From Candidatus Yanofskybacteria bacterium RIFCSPHIGHO2_01_FULL_41_21 (lineage in GTDB: Bacteria > Patescibacteriota > Minisyncoccia > 2-02-FULL-40-12 > GWA2-44-9): a DNA stretch of 64,000 nt. The DNA lies in the NCBI GenBank assembly GCA_001794025.1, contig MGJA01000007.1, positions 219-64,218 on the forward strand, given 5' to 3'. How positions within the stretch are numbered: the first letter of the stretch is position 1; the number at the start of each line of letters is the position of its first letter. Below the pieces are notes generated by a model. It worked only from the letters and a program-made list of their open reading frames with translations. It did no database searches and had not been told where the DNA came from. Position numbers and translations under genes: made by a program. Positions 28,365 to 39,107 of the stretch are shown here, piece by piece.

Positions 28365-30533
28365 TTAGTCCCGCGGAGATTTCATCGTTAAATTGAGACG
28401 TCCTTGGTCATCTATTTTTTTCACCCAGACGTGAACCTTCTGGCCTTCTTTTACTTTATCACTGGGGTGATTAACACGTTCATTGGCCATTTCTGAAACA
28501 TGGACCAAACCATCAATGCCCGGCAAGATTTCAACAAAAGCACCAAAATCCATTATCTTTACTACCGTGCCATCAAATTCATCACCGGGTTCGGGCTCAT
28601 AGGTGATTTGTTTGATAAGTTTCAATGCTTTATCCATACCATCCGAAGTGGCTGAAGTTACAAATACAGAACCGTCATCTTCAATATCAATTTCAGCGCC
28701 GGTCTGTTCAATAATGGCATTGATATTTTTACCTCCCGGTCCAATTAAAGCACCAATTTTGGCGGGATTAATTTTCACGGTTTGAATTCTTGGGGCGTGT
28801 GGAGAAAGATCGGACCGGTGAGTATTAATCGCCGTCGTGATAACTTTCAGTATTTCCAAACGAGCTTTGAGGGCTTGGGTTAATGTCTCTTCAACAATCT
28901 GGGGAGTAATACCTTCAATTTTCACATCCATTTGCATACCCGTCACCCCCGTAGCCGTACCGGCTACTTTCAAATCCATATCACCGTGGTGATCTTCCGG
29001 TCCTTGAATATCAGTGAGTATTTTATATTTCATTCCGCCAGAGGCGGATTTCGCTTCGCTCAACATTAATCCCATGGCAATACCGGCGGCAGGAGCTTTG
29101 ATTGGAACACCACCATCCATAAGAGCAAGAGTAGAGCCACAGACCGAAGCCATAGAAGACGAGCCATTTGAAGAGAGTATTTCCGATACCAGACGAATAG
29201 TATAAGGGAAATCTGCCCGTTCAGGAATGATAGGTTCAAGTGAACGTTCCGCCAGATAACCATGTCCAATTTCTCGTCTACCCGTCGCCCCAATCCGACC
29301 AACCTCACCAACACTGTAAGGAGGAAAACCATAGTGATGGAAGAATCGCTTTTTAGTCAAATCAATTTCCATTGATTCAAACCATTGTTCCATTCCTGGC
29401 GCGCCGAGTGTTAGAATTGATAACGCTTGAGTAGTACCGCGATTAAATAAACCTGAGCCGTGGGTGCGGGGAAGGATAGAAGTGTCAGCCGAGAGTGGGC
29501 GAAGTTCATCCATTTTTCGACCATCGGGACGCTTGTCTTCGTTAAGAATATTTTTGTGAACGGCCTGGTCAATTTCATCTTCAAAGATAATACCGGCTTC
29601 GTCCAATTTCTTTTTTAGTTCAGCATCGCCTTCATGAGCAGAGAGGTCTTTGAATTCTTCTTTAAGATAAGCCATCAATTCTTCTTTAACTTGACCCAAG
29701 CCCTCATAGAAAGCAGTTTTTTCTTTGCCAGGGGCGTATAAAGCAAGCTGAAGTTTCGGTCCGGAAAAATTCTTCACCATAGCCGACAAAGCTTCGTCAT
29801 GAACAAAAATTTCAAGTTCTTTTTTCTTCTTGCCGATTTCTCCAGCGATTTTGTTTTGTAAATCAATCAAGCCCTTAAGAGCATCAAAGCCATTGGAAAT
29901 AGCACCAGCAATATCTTTTTCGGGAATAATCTTGGCGCCGGCTTCAATCATGTTTATTTTATCGGCCGTGCCGGCAACGACAATATCAAAATCGCTGGTC
30001 GCTCGTTCCTGATAAGTCGGGTTGAGAATCAATTTACCGTCAACTCCTGCCTCGCTGGCTGGCAGGCGCCCAATACGAATACCAGCGACGGGGCCGTTGA
30101 AGGGGATATCGGAAATCATTAAGGCCAGAGAAGCGCCAAATAATGCCGGCATATCGGGATCATTAATACCATCAAACGATAAAACCGTCGCAATGACTTG
30201 GATTTCGTTGCGGATTTTATTATTGAAACGAGGACGAATTGAACGGTCAATCAGCCGGCCCGTAAGAATAGCGTCTTCAGTGGGTCGACCCTCACGTTTA
30301 ATCCATTTGGAACCTTTAATTTTACCGGCAGCGTAATACTTTTCTTCATACTCAACTTGCAACGGCATATAATCCACGGCCTTCACATGAGCGGACATGG
30401 TCGCATTAACCATAACCACGGTTTCACCATACTGAACACTAACCGTACCATTGGCCTGACCGCCAAAACGCCCAACTTCCACCGTCAGCGGTTTACCCGC
30501 AAACTCGGTAGAGTATTTTTTTACTTCTGCCAT
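28365..30533 (-). CDS. pnp: polyribonucleotide nucleotidyltransferase (PNPase)
   Basis: Two RNase PH domains, a KH domain and a C-terminal S1 domain. The N-terminus is [23 protein letters not shown]. Confidence 0.9.
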   Translation of the reverse strand: MAEVKKYSTEFAGKPLTVEVGRFGGQANGTVSVQYGETVVMVNATMSAHVKAVDYMPLQVEYEEKYYAAGKIKGSKWIKREGRPTEDAILTGRLIDRSIRPRFNNKIRNEIQVIATVLSFDGINDPDMPALFGASLALMISDIPFNGPVAGIRIGRLPASEAGVDGKLILNPTYQERATSDFDIVVAGTADKINMIEAGAKIIPEKDIAGAISNGFDALKGLIDLQNKIAGEIGKKKKELEIFVHDEALSAMVKNFSGPKLQLALYAPGKEKTAFYEGLGQVKEELMAYLKEEFKDLSAHEGDAELKKKLDEAGIIFEDEIDQAVHKNILNEDKRPDGRKMDELRPLSADTSILPRTHGSGLFNRGTTQALSILTLGAPGMEQWFESMEIDLTKKRFFHHYGFPPYSVGEVGRIGATGRREIGHGYLAERSLEPIIPERADFPYTIRLVSEILSSNGSSSMASVCGSTLALMDGGVPIKAPAAGIAMGLMLSEAKSASGGMKYKILTDIQGPEDHHGDMDLKVAGTATGVTGMQMDVKIEGITPQIVEETLTQALKARLEILKVITTAINTHRSDLSPHAPRIQTVKINPAKIGALIGPGGKNINAIIEQTGAEIDIEDDGSVFVTSATSDGMDKALKLIKQITYEPEPGDEFDGTVVKIMDFGAFVEILPGIDGLVHVSEMANERVNHPSDKVKEGQKVHVWVKKIDDQGRLNLTMKSPRD

Positions 30534-30773
30534 GTATGATTACCAACAAAAGAGAGAGCCCGCCCCGTCGTAACGATTCGGGTAAAAAACAATCCTGGCC
30601 ACACGCCTCAAATCAATTTAAGAAGTATGGCTAAAATTGCCCCATTTCGATTGCTTACTTTATACTTTTGTCGGTTGTTAATTAACTTATTGGAATTTTA
30701 GCACATAAAAGTAAAAATGCAACTGGATTGTCATTTTTAAAAATTAATACTATTCTACCGATCGGAGGACCTT

Positions 30774-31091
30774 ATGGCCGAAGAAAAAAATAAGATAAAC
30801 TCTCTCACTGAACTGCTCAAGCAACGCAACGGTTTCGTATCAATTCGTGAAGCAATTGAACTCCTTGGGCCAGAGGAATATAGTTCATGTCTCGTCGATT
30901 TGGTCACCAAGGACGAAGATGACGAAGAAAGTGCCACCTTGTTCTTTCAGAACGGTGACAGTGCCACAGGAAAACCAACTCATGTCTGCTTTTCCAGCGC
31001 ATTTATGGACTGGTTCTGTGACAAAGTTGATACTGCTCTCGAACAACAGGGAGTATTGAGCCCAAGAACGAAAGGGGTCAAGATTGTCTGA
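30774..31091 (+). CDS. hypothetical acidic protein
   Basis: GGAGG RBS 7 nt upstream. No recognisable family. Confidence 0.45.
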   Translation: MAEEKNKINSLTELLKQRNGFVSIREAIELLGPEEYSSCLVDLVTKDEDDEESATLFFQNGDSATGKPTHVCFSSAFMDWFCDKVDTALEQQGVLSPRTKGVKIV

Positions 31092-31095
31092 AAAC

Positions 31096-31113
31096 GCCGC
31101 CCTTCGGGGCGGC
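31096..31113. terminator. bidirectional hairpin terminator
   Basis: gccgccc-ttcg-gggcggc between convergent genes, flanked by A and T runs. Confidence 0.5.
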
Positions 31114-31121
31114 ACTTTCAT

Positions 31122-31634
31122 TTATTTAAGCAACACTTTGTCTTTCACTTCTTCTAGGTTGAGGAAGTTATTGGCGACCTCAATAAGACGGGCTGAAGTA
31201 GAACGTTGGAAACCGGCGACTTCCACAATGGTACCGTTAAACTTTAGATAATCAACTAGGGGTTCGTAATCACCGTCACCGGAAACAATAACCACAACGT
31301 CAACAAGTTTGGAAAGAGTAATAGCGTCAATGGCGATAGCCACGTCCCAGTCACCCTTTTTCATCCCGCCTGGAAAGATTTGGAGATCTTTGGATTTTAA
31401 TTCATAGCCCGCCTTTTCTAGGGCGCCAAAAAACGCTTTTTCTTCTTCAGTATCGGATTTAATAACGTAGGCAATGGCCCGGACTAATTCGCGATTAGCG
31501 GTGGTAAGTTTTAAAAGCTCGGCAAAATTAACTCGGGCCTTATACAGATTCTTGGCCGAATGATACATATTGGAAACATCTACGAAAATACCAACTCGGT
31601 GGTTTTTTCTTTGGGGAACTGTGAGTTTATTCAA
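31122..31634 (-). CDS. NYN-domain (LabA-like) protein
   Basis: IFVDVSNMY...VIVSGDGDY pattern of NYN/LabA PIN-like nucleases. Confidence 0.7.
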   Translation of the reverse strand: MNKLTVPQRKNHRVGIFVDVSNMYHSAKNLYKARVNFAELLKLTTANRELVRAIAYVIKSDTEEEKAFFGALEKAGYELKSKDLQIFPGGMKKGDWDVAIAIDAITLSKLVDVVVIVSGDGDYEPLVDYLKFNGTIVEVAGFQRSTSARLIEVANNFLNLEEVKDKVLLK

Positions 31635-31705
31635 AATAGCTTACTAGCTCATCAGCTTCCTAGCTTTTTAGGTTTTCCTAACAAGCTAATCAGCTAAGAA
31701 GCTAT

Positions 31706-31969
31706 TTAGAGCCCGAGCTTTTTAGTGAGGGCTGTGTGTCTCTTGGGATTGTCGCGTTTCAAAAAATCCATGAGACGTTTGCGTTTGGCTACCATTTTCA
31801 AAAGACCAAGACGAGAACTGTTGTCTTTGCCGTGCTTCTTTAAGTGTTTGGCCAGGGACTCAATCTCTTTGGTAAATAAAGCAATCTGGGCTTCGGCTGA
31901 ACCAGTATCTTTATCGTGAATCCGAACCTGTTCCAAAACTTTTGATTTTTGTTGTGTGGTAAGGGCCAT
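31706..31969 (-). CDS. rpsO: 30S ribosomal protein S15
   Basis: An 87-aa protein with the S15 signature (TGSAEAQIALFT...HLKKHGKDNSSRLGLL). Confidence 0.9.
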   Translation of the reverse strand: MALTTQQKSKVLEQVRIHDKDTGSAEAQIALFTKEIESLAKHLKKHGKDNSSRLGLLKMVAKRKRLMDFLKRDNPKRHTALTKKLGL

Positions 31970-32126
31970 TTGAAATAGTGATTAGCCAATAGCGAATAGT
32001 GGCTAGTGGCTAGCATTAAAACTGAAACTGAATGTATTCTATCACGGATTTTTATTGCTTGCAATGGTTCGTTTATCAACGAAACACGCTTATATTTTGC
32101 GACATAAAGATGTATAATATTTAGAT

Positions 32127-34313
32127 ATGGCGGACTTACGGACCCTAAAAATACAATATCTGGAACATTTGGAAATAGAAAAGAATCGATCACCTAAAAC
32201 CCTAGAAAACTATGGGCGCTATCTGGATCGTTTTCTTCAGTTCGCTAAAGTTAATAAAGCAGAAGATCTTGATGACGAACGTATCCGCCAATATCGCTTG
32301 CATTTAAATCGCCTCACCAACAAAGACGGACAACTTCTAATGAAAACAACCCAGAATTATCACATCATTGCCCTTCGTAATTTTCTGAAATATCTAGCCA
32401 AGAGGGGAGTAAAAAGCGTTTCCGCGGAAAAGATTGAATTGGGCCGAGCCGAGGATAGACACGTAACTTTTCTTGAACACACTGAATTGGACCGTCTCCT
32501 AAATGCCCCTGATGGTTCCGGATTAAATGCTTTACGAGATCGGGCTATGCTTCGGATGCTATTCTCAACCGGTATGCGTGTCTCCGAATTATGTTCAATG
32601 GATCGTAATAAGATTGACGTAAAACGAGGTGAACTATCAGTGTTGGGAAAGGGACGAAAAATTCGTTTAGTTTTTCTGTCAGATGACGCCAAAGATCACA
32701 TTGCCCAATACCTCACCAAACGGACTGATGTTGATGAGGCGTTGTTTATTCGCATTCCAAAATCAGGAAAATTTAGCAAGGACTCTGACCTTCGTCTTAC
32801 CCCCCGCTCAATTCAACGTATTGTTCAAAAATATGCCATCAAAGCCGGTATAATGGGTAAACACGTTTCGCCTCATACACTAAGACACTGTCTACATAGG
32901 GAAACTAGAATTTTCCTAAATGACAAAATCTGCTCGGCTTTGACATTGTTTCAGAACAATAATATTTATGTCAAAAGTATGGATTTTAAAAAATCTGTCA
33001 TTGGTGACAAAAAAGTGGTTCAAAAATTCAGTCACCCAGCAACACAACTTCTTCGAATACAAGCTGACGGACATGAGATAATTTGTACTCCCAAACATCG
33101 CCTTTTCACGATAGGAGCAAGTGGAATTGAAGAAATGGAGGCCCAAAATGTCCAGCTCGGAACACACCTCGCCGGTATAAAGGAAATAAAAATGAAAGGT
33201 CATAAATTTTTGAAACCAGAAGTTTGGCGACTTATTGGATATACACTAGGTGATGGAGTAATAAATGAAAGATTTAGGGGAGTTAAGATATATGACAAAG
33301 ATAAATCATTCCTTGAATTTTATAGTAATATTTTTGAAAGAAATTTCGATAAAAAACCTTTTCTAGTAAAAAGAAAGTCCGACTCTTACGAATTAATATT
33401 CTATTCAAAAAAAATGGTTTCTTTTTTAAGGAATTACATCCCGATTGGAACAGCTCCATATAAGCGTATCCCTGCCCAATTATTCCAGGCCACCAATAAG
33501 GAAATTAGACAATTTTTGGCCGGAATATATGATGCTGAGGGTAATAGCGGAACAATCAAGATGTTTTCTTCCAGTAAGGAACTCCTCAAAGATATCCAGA
33601 TGCTCCTAATAAGGCTCGGTATAGATAGTCATATCTTAGAAAGAAAACGGGTAGTAAAGCTTCCACAGGGTAAAATTATTCCCAACATAATATTTACTCT
33701 CCACGTTCTTGATCAAGACAGCCAAAGAAAGTTCAAAAAACAGATTCTCACACTCAAAAAGAATATACTTATTTGTGGTCAAAAAGAAAAAATAGAGCAT
33801 GATAAAATTCCATGCCAACCCATAATTATGAAGCTTTTAGAGTCACTCCGAATACCAGAGGGAAGGGGGTTCCACCAAAGGTTAGAAAAAGAATGCGGCA
33901 TTAAGTATTTTAAGCGTCACACTAAATTAGCACTCACAAAAAATCTTCTTTCAAAAATTCTTGCTGAACTGAAGAAATTTGATAAAGTCGGGAAATTTAA
34001 AGAATTCTATACAATCCTTAACAATATCACACGAAATAAAAATTTAATTTGGTTTCAGGTTAAGAAAATAGACCGTATCATAACTAAAGAACAGCAAGTT
34101 TTTGATTTTGGTATTAAACAAACTCATAATCTAATAACTGACGGATTTATTTCTCACAATTCCTACGCCACTGATTTATTAAGAAATGGTGCTGACATCC
34201 GTTCCGTCCAAGCCATGCTCGGACATTCCTCGGTCACCACCACCCAAATCTACACCCACGTCACTGATACCCAACTTCGGGAAATCCACAAAAAGTTTCA
34301 TGATAAGAAATAG
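32127..34313 (+). CDS. tyrosine recombinase XerC/XerD family, interrupted by a 424-aa intein
   Basis: Xer N-terminal core-binding domain. The catalytic region HTLRH|(intein)|[34 protein letters not shown] is restored by precise excision. Confidence 0.85.
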   Translation: MADLRTLKIQYLEHLEIEKNRSPKTLENYGRYLDRFLQFAKVNKAEDLDDERIRQYRLHLNRLTNKDGQLLMKTTQNYHIIALRNFLKYLAKRGVKSVSAEKIELGRAEDRHVTFLEHTELDRLLNAPDGSGLNALRDRAMLRMLFSTGMRVSELCSMDRNKIDVKRGELSVLGKGRKIRLVFLSDDAKDHIAQYLTKRTDVDEALFIRIPKSGKFSKDSDLRLTPRSIQRIVQKYAIKAGIMGKHVSPHTLRHCLHRETRIFLNDKICSALTLFQNNNIYVKSMDFKKSVIGDKKVVQKFSHPATQLLRIQADGHEIICTPKHRLFTIGASGIEEMEAQNVQLGTHLAGIKEIKMKGHKFLKPEVWRLIGYTLGDGVINERFRGVKIYDKDKSFLEFYSNIFERNFDKKPFLVKRKSDSYELIFYSKKMVSFLRNYIPIGTAPYKRIPAQLFQATNKEIRQFLAGIYDAEGNSGTIKMFSSSKELLKDIQMLLIRLGIDSHILERKRVVKLPQGKIIPNIIFTLHVLDQDSQRKFKKQILTLKKNILICGQKEKIEHDKIPCQPIIMKLLESLRIPEGRGFHQRLEKECGIKYFKRHTKLALTKNLLSKILAELKKFDKVGKFKEFYTILNNITRNKNLIWFQVKKIDRIITKEQQVFDFGIKQTHNLITDGFISHNSYATDLLRNGADIRSVQAMLGHSSVTTTQIYTHVTDTQLREIHKKFHDKK
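32889..34160 (+). mobile_element. intein with LAGLIDADG homing-endonuclease domain inside the Xer recombinase
   Basis: Starts CLHRETRIF (block A) and ends ...GFISHN|S (block G). Two LAGLIDADG motifs are present (LIGYTLGDG and [10 protein letters not shown]). The intein DNA is more AT-rich than the exteins. Confidence 0.75.
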
Positions 34314-34408
34314 CATCTAAAAATCCTCCTTTCGGAGGATTTTTAGTGAGCGTACAATATGCTCCAAATTATTTTTTTGGTGAATGACTATCGGGCCGAC
34401 TATCAATT

Positions 34409-34660
34409 TTACTCGGCTTCAACTTTGAGGACAATCGCTCCTTCTCTAACTTTGCCAGTGGCCTGCAGACCGACGATATCGCCCTTCTTGGCCTGCTGAA
34501 CCTCTTCGTGGTCAACCTGCATTGAGCTGACTGTCTGCTCAAAATCCGAGCCGTGGCCCTCGAATTTGATTTTGTCGCCCACCTTAAGACCCGTGGCTAA
34601 CTCTACGATAGCCACCCCAATCTTATCGTAATAATGGGTAACTTTTCCGACCGGTTTCAT
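34409..34660 (-). CDS. small beta-barrel protein resembling EF-Tu domain 2 (hypothetical)
   Basis: The pattern G.V..Y.KIGV.IVEL..G.LKVGD.I.....G....TV.SM....EEV.QA.KGDIVGL resembles the translation-factor domain-2 fold. Confidence 0.4.
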   Translation of the reverse strand: MKPVGKVTHYYDKIGVAIVELATGLKVGDKIKFEGHGSDFEQTVSSMQVDHEEVQQAKKGDIVGLQATGKVREGAIVLKVEAE

Positions 34661-34759
34661 ATAGTTTAATTATATAAAAAGGGATTAGATAATGCAAGTT
34701 TATAAAAAGTTTCTTAATAAAAAACAAAACCTAGTTCGATTGCACACGATGCGATCGAA

Positions 34760-35443
34760 CTAGGTTGTCTTGACGTCGAAGTTTGCGACATCAAATGAAT
34801 CATCTATGGATTGGGGTCGGGAAGTGATTTGATACACGCAAACAGAAAGGTTTGAGCCATCCAATCGCATGTTTTTGTGCCGTACAGTAAACTCATATTG
34901 AGTTGGATCGAGCCCAAGATCAGAGAATTCCTGCTTATTGCTCGCTAACTTTTTGATCAGCCTACGAGTCAATTTGAACACACGTCGCGGTCCCTCTTTA
35001 AACTGGTAGGTTTTTATAAGTTCGGGATGAGCTTCATAAACCGCCCAGATGACACTAATGTGGAACACATAGATCTCCTGTATGTGTCCAACTAGGAACT
35101 GCCGAAGCAAACGTTTGGTCTTGCCGACCCGCATCGGCAAGTTATAATATTTACCTCTTAACCATCGACGGTTCTGATAGAACACAATTGCGTATTCACG
35201 GTCAAACTTCTCCAAGTCATCGTGGTGTTGTTGAAGCTGAATTTCTCGAATAATTGCCCCCCACTCAATCCAGATGTTTTGACCTCAGTAAACATATGGC
35301 GCCGAGCATGATAGAGATCGCCGCCCAAATGATTTGAAGCAGTTGGTTTGCCAGAACATACTTTCTGTGCGACATCGACACCAAATTGTCCGATAACGGT
35401 CAGTCGTCCATTCCACGTCCGACGAAAACTTTTCTTGGCCATG
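34760..35443 (-). pseudogene. hypothetical gene apparently split by a frameshift (ORFs 35158-35443 and 34760-35215 overlap out of frame)
   Basis: The two minus-strand ORFs overlap by ~58 nt in different frames. The downstream ORF needs a TTG start. No family recognised. Confidence 0.25.
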
Positions 35444-35537
35444 TTTTCAAAGACCTCAAACTTGATATAGCATTCATTTACAGCAAAAACAACCCCCCAC
35501 TTTTTAGTTAAAAAGTGGGGGGTTGTTTTTGATATTG

Positions 35538-35621
35538 TGCCCAGGGCCGGACTCGAACCGGCAAGCCCTTGCGGGCAAAGCATTTTAAGTGCTTCGAGGT
35601 TACCAATTTCTCCACCTGGGC
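35538..35621 (-). tRNA. tRNA-Leu (anticodon UAA)
   Basis: Acceptor gcccagg/cctgggc, anticodon arm aagca-ctTAAaa-tgctt, long variable arm, T-loop ggttcgagtcc. Confidence 0.8.
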
Positions 35622-35758
35622 AATTTTAAATTCTGAGGCCATGATGGGACTTGTCATGGCTACGCCAGATCTAGCGAAGCTATGACACCCATGAATAACG
35701 GTTTTGTCCCGCTACGCGGGATCTCCCGAAGGGAGACAGACCACTCACCGAACCTCGG

Positions 35759-35831
35759 AGGTGCAGGCGGGATTTGCACCCGCGGATAGCGGTTTTGCAG
35801 ACCGCCGTGTTAGCTACTTCACCACTGCACC
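35759..35831 (-). tRNA. tRNA-Cys (anticodon GCA)
   Basis: Acceptor ggtgcag/ctgcacc with discriminator U, short D-stem, anticodon arm gcggt-ctGCAaa-accgc. The T-loop (tgcaaat) is atypical. Confidence 0.65.
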
Positions 35832-36068
35832 ATATTTATTTTTCAATATCTCTTTTTGCTGATGATTTTTTAAGAATCTCTCATATTGAACTGCTTCACT
35901 TCTTGTTTCGAAAGAATGTGATTCTAATAATTGCCACGGTCTATATCCTTTTGTCGACCGAACTTCACCGTTGTTATGCCGTGCTAAACGAATACTAACA
36001 TTTTCAGCACTCCCGACATAAAAATCACCATTTTTTTGACTTTTTAAGACATACGTAAAATAGCTCAT
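35814..36068 (-). CDS. GIY-YIG nuclease family protein (small, YhbQ-like)
   Basis: The start is set at MSYFTYVLKSQKNGDFYVGSAENVSIRLARHNNG (GIY-YIG motif). The ORF's last 18 nt read into the 5' end of tRNA-Cys. Confidence 0.65.
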   Translation of the reverse strand: MSYFTYVLKSQKNGDFYVGSAENVSIRLARHNNGEVRSTKGYRPWQLLESHSFETRSEAVQYERFLKNHQQKEILKNKYGAVVK

Positions 36069-36151
36069 ATTTCTTTTGTCTCGCTTCGCGAGATCTGGCG
36101 AAGCCAGACAGACCGCAGCGTTTCCACTTCGCCACAGCACCTTCATTGTGA

Positions 36152-37744
36152 TTACAATGTCCTTGCGATGCTTTCTTCTTGATAGATTTCTAAAATATCG
36201 CCAACTTCAATATCAATCGCGGTCTTAGAATCAATGATATCAATTCGCATTCCGGTTTCCAATCCTTCAGCTACTTCAGGTACATCTTGTTTGGCTTGTT
36301 GAACTTGACCGACTTTCGCTATCATAACGCTTTGACCATCGCGTATAACATCACAAAAAGCGCCCCGAACCAGTTTACCGGATAAGACCCGGCCACCAAT
36401 GACTTGGGCCCGAGCATCTTTTTTAAAAACGGCGAGAATTTTGACTTTGCCTAATACTTCCCGACGAATTTCCGCATCTAATAATCCTGCCATCTTTTTA
36501 CGGATATATTCAATCAGTTCGTAAATGACATCAAATGTGGCAAGATTCACGTGTTCTTTCTCCGCCAACTTTCGGGCGGAAGTTTCAACAGAAACACGAA
36601 AACCAATCACAGAACCACCACCGGCTACAGCTGTTCGCACATCTGAATCGGAGATAGTTCCAATATCATAACTCAATACGGTATAGGCAATTTCTTCGGA
36701 TTTAATCTGTTTGAGCGCTGCTTCAATGGCCTCCAAAGAACTGGAAACATCCGTCTTGATTACTAGTTTCAAATACTTCTTTGAAGGATCCATTTGGGTA
36801 TGACTGGCTTTCAAGAAACAGAACAGGGGAGTAAGGTCAATGTTTGAAGCCGATATGTCTTGGGCCAAATCTTTAGTTAAAGCGGTCGTGAATTCACGAC
36901 CAATATCGGGAGGATTAGTCCACCCTGTAATTAATACTGGTTGGGATGGATCGGCTGTTTCAAGACGGTTGCCCGTAAAGTCCTCCATTGATTTAATCTT
37001 GCCAATTATCGTACCCGCCACAATCCAGTCGCCGACAGACAAAATACCCTTGCGAATAAGGGCGGTCGCAACATATCCTCGGCGCTTATCTAAGTTTGAT
37101 TCAATAATAACGCCGGTCGCGGGCAAGGAACGATCTTCTTTCAAGTCCTCCAATTCAGCAACAAGCAAAACCATGTCCAATAATTCATTGATGCCTCTCT
37201 TTTCTTTGGCTGATATTTCAACAACAGGCACAGTTCCACCCCAGTCCTCAACGAGAATTTCTTCACCAGCTAGATCCTGTTTAACTTTCTGGACATTTGC
37301 TCCTGGTTTATCTATTTTACTGATTGCCACGACGACAGGAATCTTTTCCTCTTTGATAATTCTAATGGCTTCTTGGGTCTGGGGTTTAACACTTTCATCA
37401 GCCGCTACAACCAGGATCGCTACATCAGCAACTTTAGTTCCCCGAGAACGAATAGCGCTAAAGGCCTCATGGCCGGGCGTATCTAAAAATGTAATCATCT
37501 TACCTTGAGTCCCTCCATCAGCGGGGTGAACGACTGCCTGATAGGCACCGATGTGTTGGGTGATACCTCCCGATTCACCGCCGGCAATATTGGCCTTGCG
37601 GACAACATCCAGCAAACTTGTCTTGCCGTGATCAACATGACCAAGCACTACCACGATTGGTGGCCGGTTTGTTGAAATAGTTTGTGGAGTAGAATTGGGC
37701 ATTAGCGTGATTAATATTTTACCAGAAAAATCATAAATTAGCAA
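36152..37744 (-). CDS. infB: translation initiation factor IF-2 (short N-terminus)
   Basis: GTPase G1-G4 motifs (GHVDHGKTSLLD, DTPGH, SKID) and IF-2 C-terminal domains. Confidence 0.9.
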   Translation of the reverse strand: MLIYDFSGKILITLMPNSTPQTISTNRPPIVVVLGHVDHGKTSLLDVVRKANIAGGESGGITQHIGAYQAVVHPADGGTQGKMITFLDTPGHEAFSAIRSRGTKVADVAILVVAADESVKPQTQEAIRIIKEEKIPVVVAISKIDKPGANVQKVKQDLAGEEILVEDWGGTVPVVEISAKEKRGINELLDMVLLVAELEDLKEDRSLPATGVIIESNLDKRRGYVATALIRKGILSVGDWIVAGTIIGKIKSMEDFTGNRLETADPSQPVLITGWTNPPDIGREFTTALTKDLAQDISASNIDLTPLFCFLKASHTQMDPSKKYLKLVIKTDVSSSLEAIEAALKQIKSEEIAYTVLSYDIGTISDSDVRTAVAGGGSVIGFRVSVETSARKLAEKEHVNLATFDVIYELIEYIRKKMAGLLDAEIRREVLGKVKILAVFKKDARAQVIGGRVLSGKLVRGAFCDVIRDGQSVMIAKVGQVQQAKQDVPEVAEGLETGMRIDIIDSKTAIDIEVGDILEIYQEESIARTL

Positions 37745-37781
37745 CTAAAAATGACTCGTGTTTAAGCCATTTTTACACATG

Positions 37782-37870
37782 CGGAGAGGGCGAGATTCGA
37801 ACTCGCGAGGGGCTTTAAGACCCCTCCGACTTTAGCAAAGTCGGACGATAGACCACTCTGACACCTCTCC
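37782..37870 (-). tRNA. tRNA-Ser (anticodon GCU)
   Basis: Acceptor ggagagg/cctctcc, anticodon arm cgact-ttGCTaa-agtcg, long variable arm, T-loop gcgagttcgaatctcgc. Confidence 0.85.
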
Positions 37871-37887
37871 CGCAAATAACCACGTTA

Positions 37888-38895
37888 CTATATCACGGCT
37901 TTATACCTTTTTAAATGTTTGGGATTGTGTGAACCGATTATTTTAAAATATCTTTCTACATCTGGCCTACTATTTAATCTTACATGTATGCCATTAACGG
38001 AAGGGGTCATTCCTAAGTCCCTCAAGATGCTAATCATGGATTCTCTAAGAGGTGCTGACGCGCTGGCAAAATCAATTTTCTTATAAGAGTACTGCTTATT
38101 ATTTACTTTATACCTATTAGTGAAAACGCAACCATCAGTATCAATGAGACCTCGAACACATGCCTTGGTAAAGTTAGGATCAATTTTTATCCATCGGGGA
38201 ATATCTAACTGCTGTTTTATCTTGTTGCCAATAACTATACCGAGCGAATGAAGATATGTTACTAGGCCAGTCCTAGAAACTTCTATTTTATTTATTGATT
38301 TCGAAGAAACATGAGTTACACTCGGAATAACTTTAAAAAGTTTTTCTATGAGTTTTACTACGTAGTGACAATACTCTAGGTCATCAATATGATGGAGTGT
38401 TATGGAAATCTGTCGTGAAGTCATCCCGCCGTCACCCATCATAATTCCAAAAAATTCAGCGAGTTCAGACGATGGCTTAGGATTTCGGAAGGGGAGTGAA
38501 ACATTGGGAATGGAATTAGGGTCGAAACGACCTACACGTTCCCACCATTGTCTCCATTTTTCTTTTCGGTATTCCGGGTCTACGGGGACTCGGCCATATT
38601 TACGAATTAGAGAACGCCCTCCTTTCTTGGCTCCTTTGGAAATATACCAGAATTGATCTTTAATTTTTATATTGGAAGGCATAGAGAGTCCCGCTCTTTT
38701 GCAAAGCTTTCTAAGAGCGCCGAAAGTTATAAGGAACTTCTCTCGCCTCCAATCAGTGACTGTTCTCCGATGAACACCCACGAGTCTAGCAAGGTCGTTT
38801 GCACCCAAGCTTGTCTTTTTTTGTACAGACAAGATAAACTTATTTTGGAAGCCCTTTGAGAATTCTACCCTTTTACTATTAACCGGCTCAGCCAT
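37888..38895 (-). CDS. free-standing LAGLIDADG homing endonuclease with N-terminal HTH domain
   Basis: Two LAGLIDADG motifs, FFGIMMGDGGM and VRGLIDTDGCV. The basic N-terminal region is HTH-like. Confidence 0.8.
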   Translation of the reverse strand: MAEPVNSKRVEFSKGFQNKFILSVQKKTSLGANDLARLVGVHRRTVTDWRREKFLITFGALRKLCKRAGLSMPSNIKIKDQFWYISKGAKKGGRSLIRKYGRVPVDPEYRKEKWRQWWERVGRFDPNSIPNVSLPFRNPKPSSELAEFFGIMMGDGGMTSRQISITLHHIDDLEYCHYVVKLIEKLFKVIPSVTHVSSKSINKIEVSRTGLVTYLHSLGIVIGNKIKQQLDIPRWIKIDPNFTKACVRGLIDTDGCVFTNRYKVNNKQYSYKKIDFASASAPLRESMISILRDLGMTPSVNGIHVRLNSRPDVERYFKIIGSHNPKHLKRYKAVI

Positions 38896-38962
38896 ATCTC
38901 CATAATAGCACAGGTGGGGTCTGGTTTTATCAACAAATGAATGCTAAACTAATCAAAGAGTT

Positions 38963-39052
38963 GGAGAAGTTCCGGAGCGGTTTAACGGAGCAATCTACTA
39001 AATTGCCAAGCTCGCAAGAGCTTCGTGGGTTCGAATCCCACCTTCTCCGCCA
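38963..39052 (+). tRNA. type-II tRNA with Ser-like D-arm; anticodon read as ACU (atypical, verify); CCA encoded
   Basis: Acceptor ggagaag/cttctcc, D-arm ccggagcggtttaacgg (Ser-like), anticodon arm gcaat-ctACTaa-attgc, long variable arm, T-loop tgggttcgaatccca, and CCA. Confidence 0.65.
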
Positions 39053-39107
39053 AGTTTTACAGACATGAATATGTTTTAGTAAATTAATATTTTGTTATAA
39101 TAACAAT

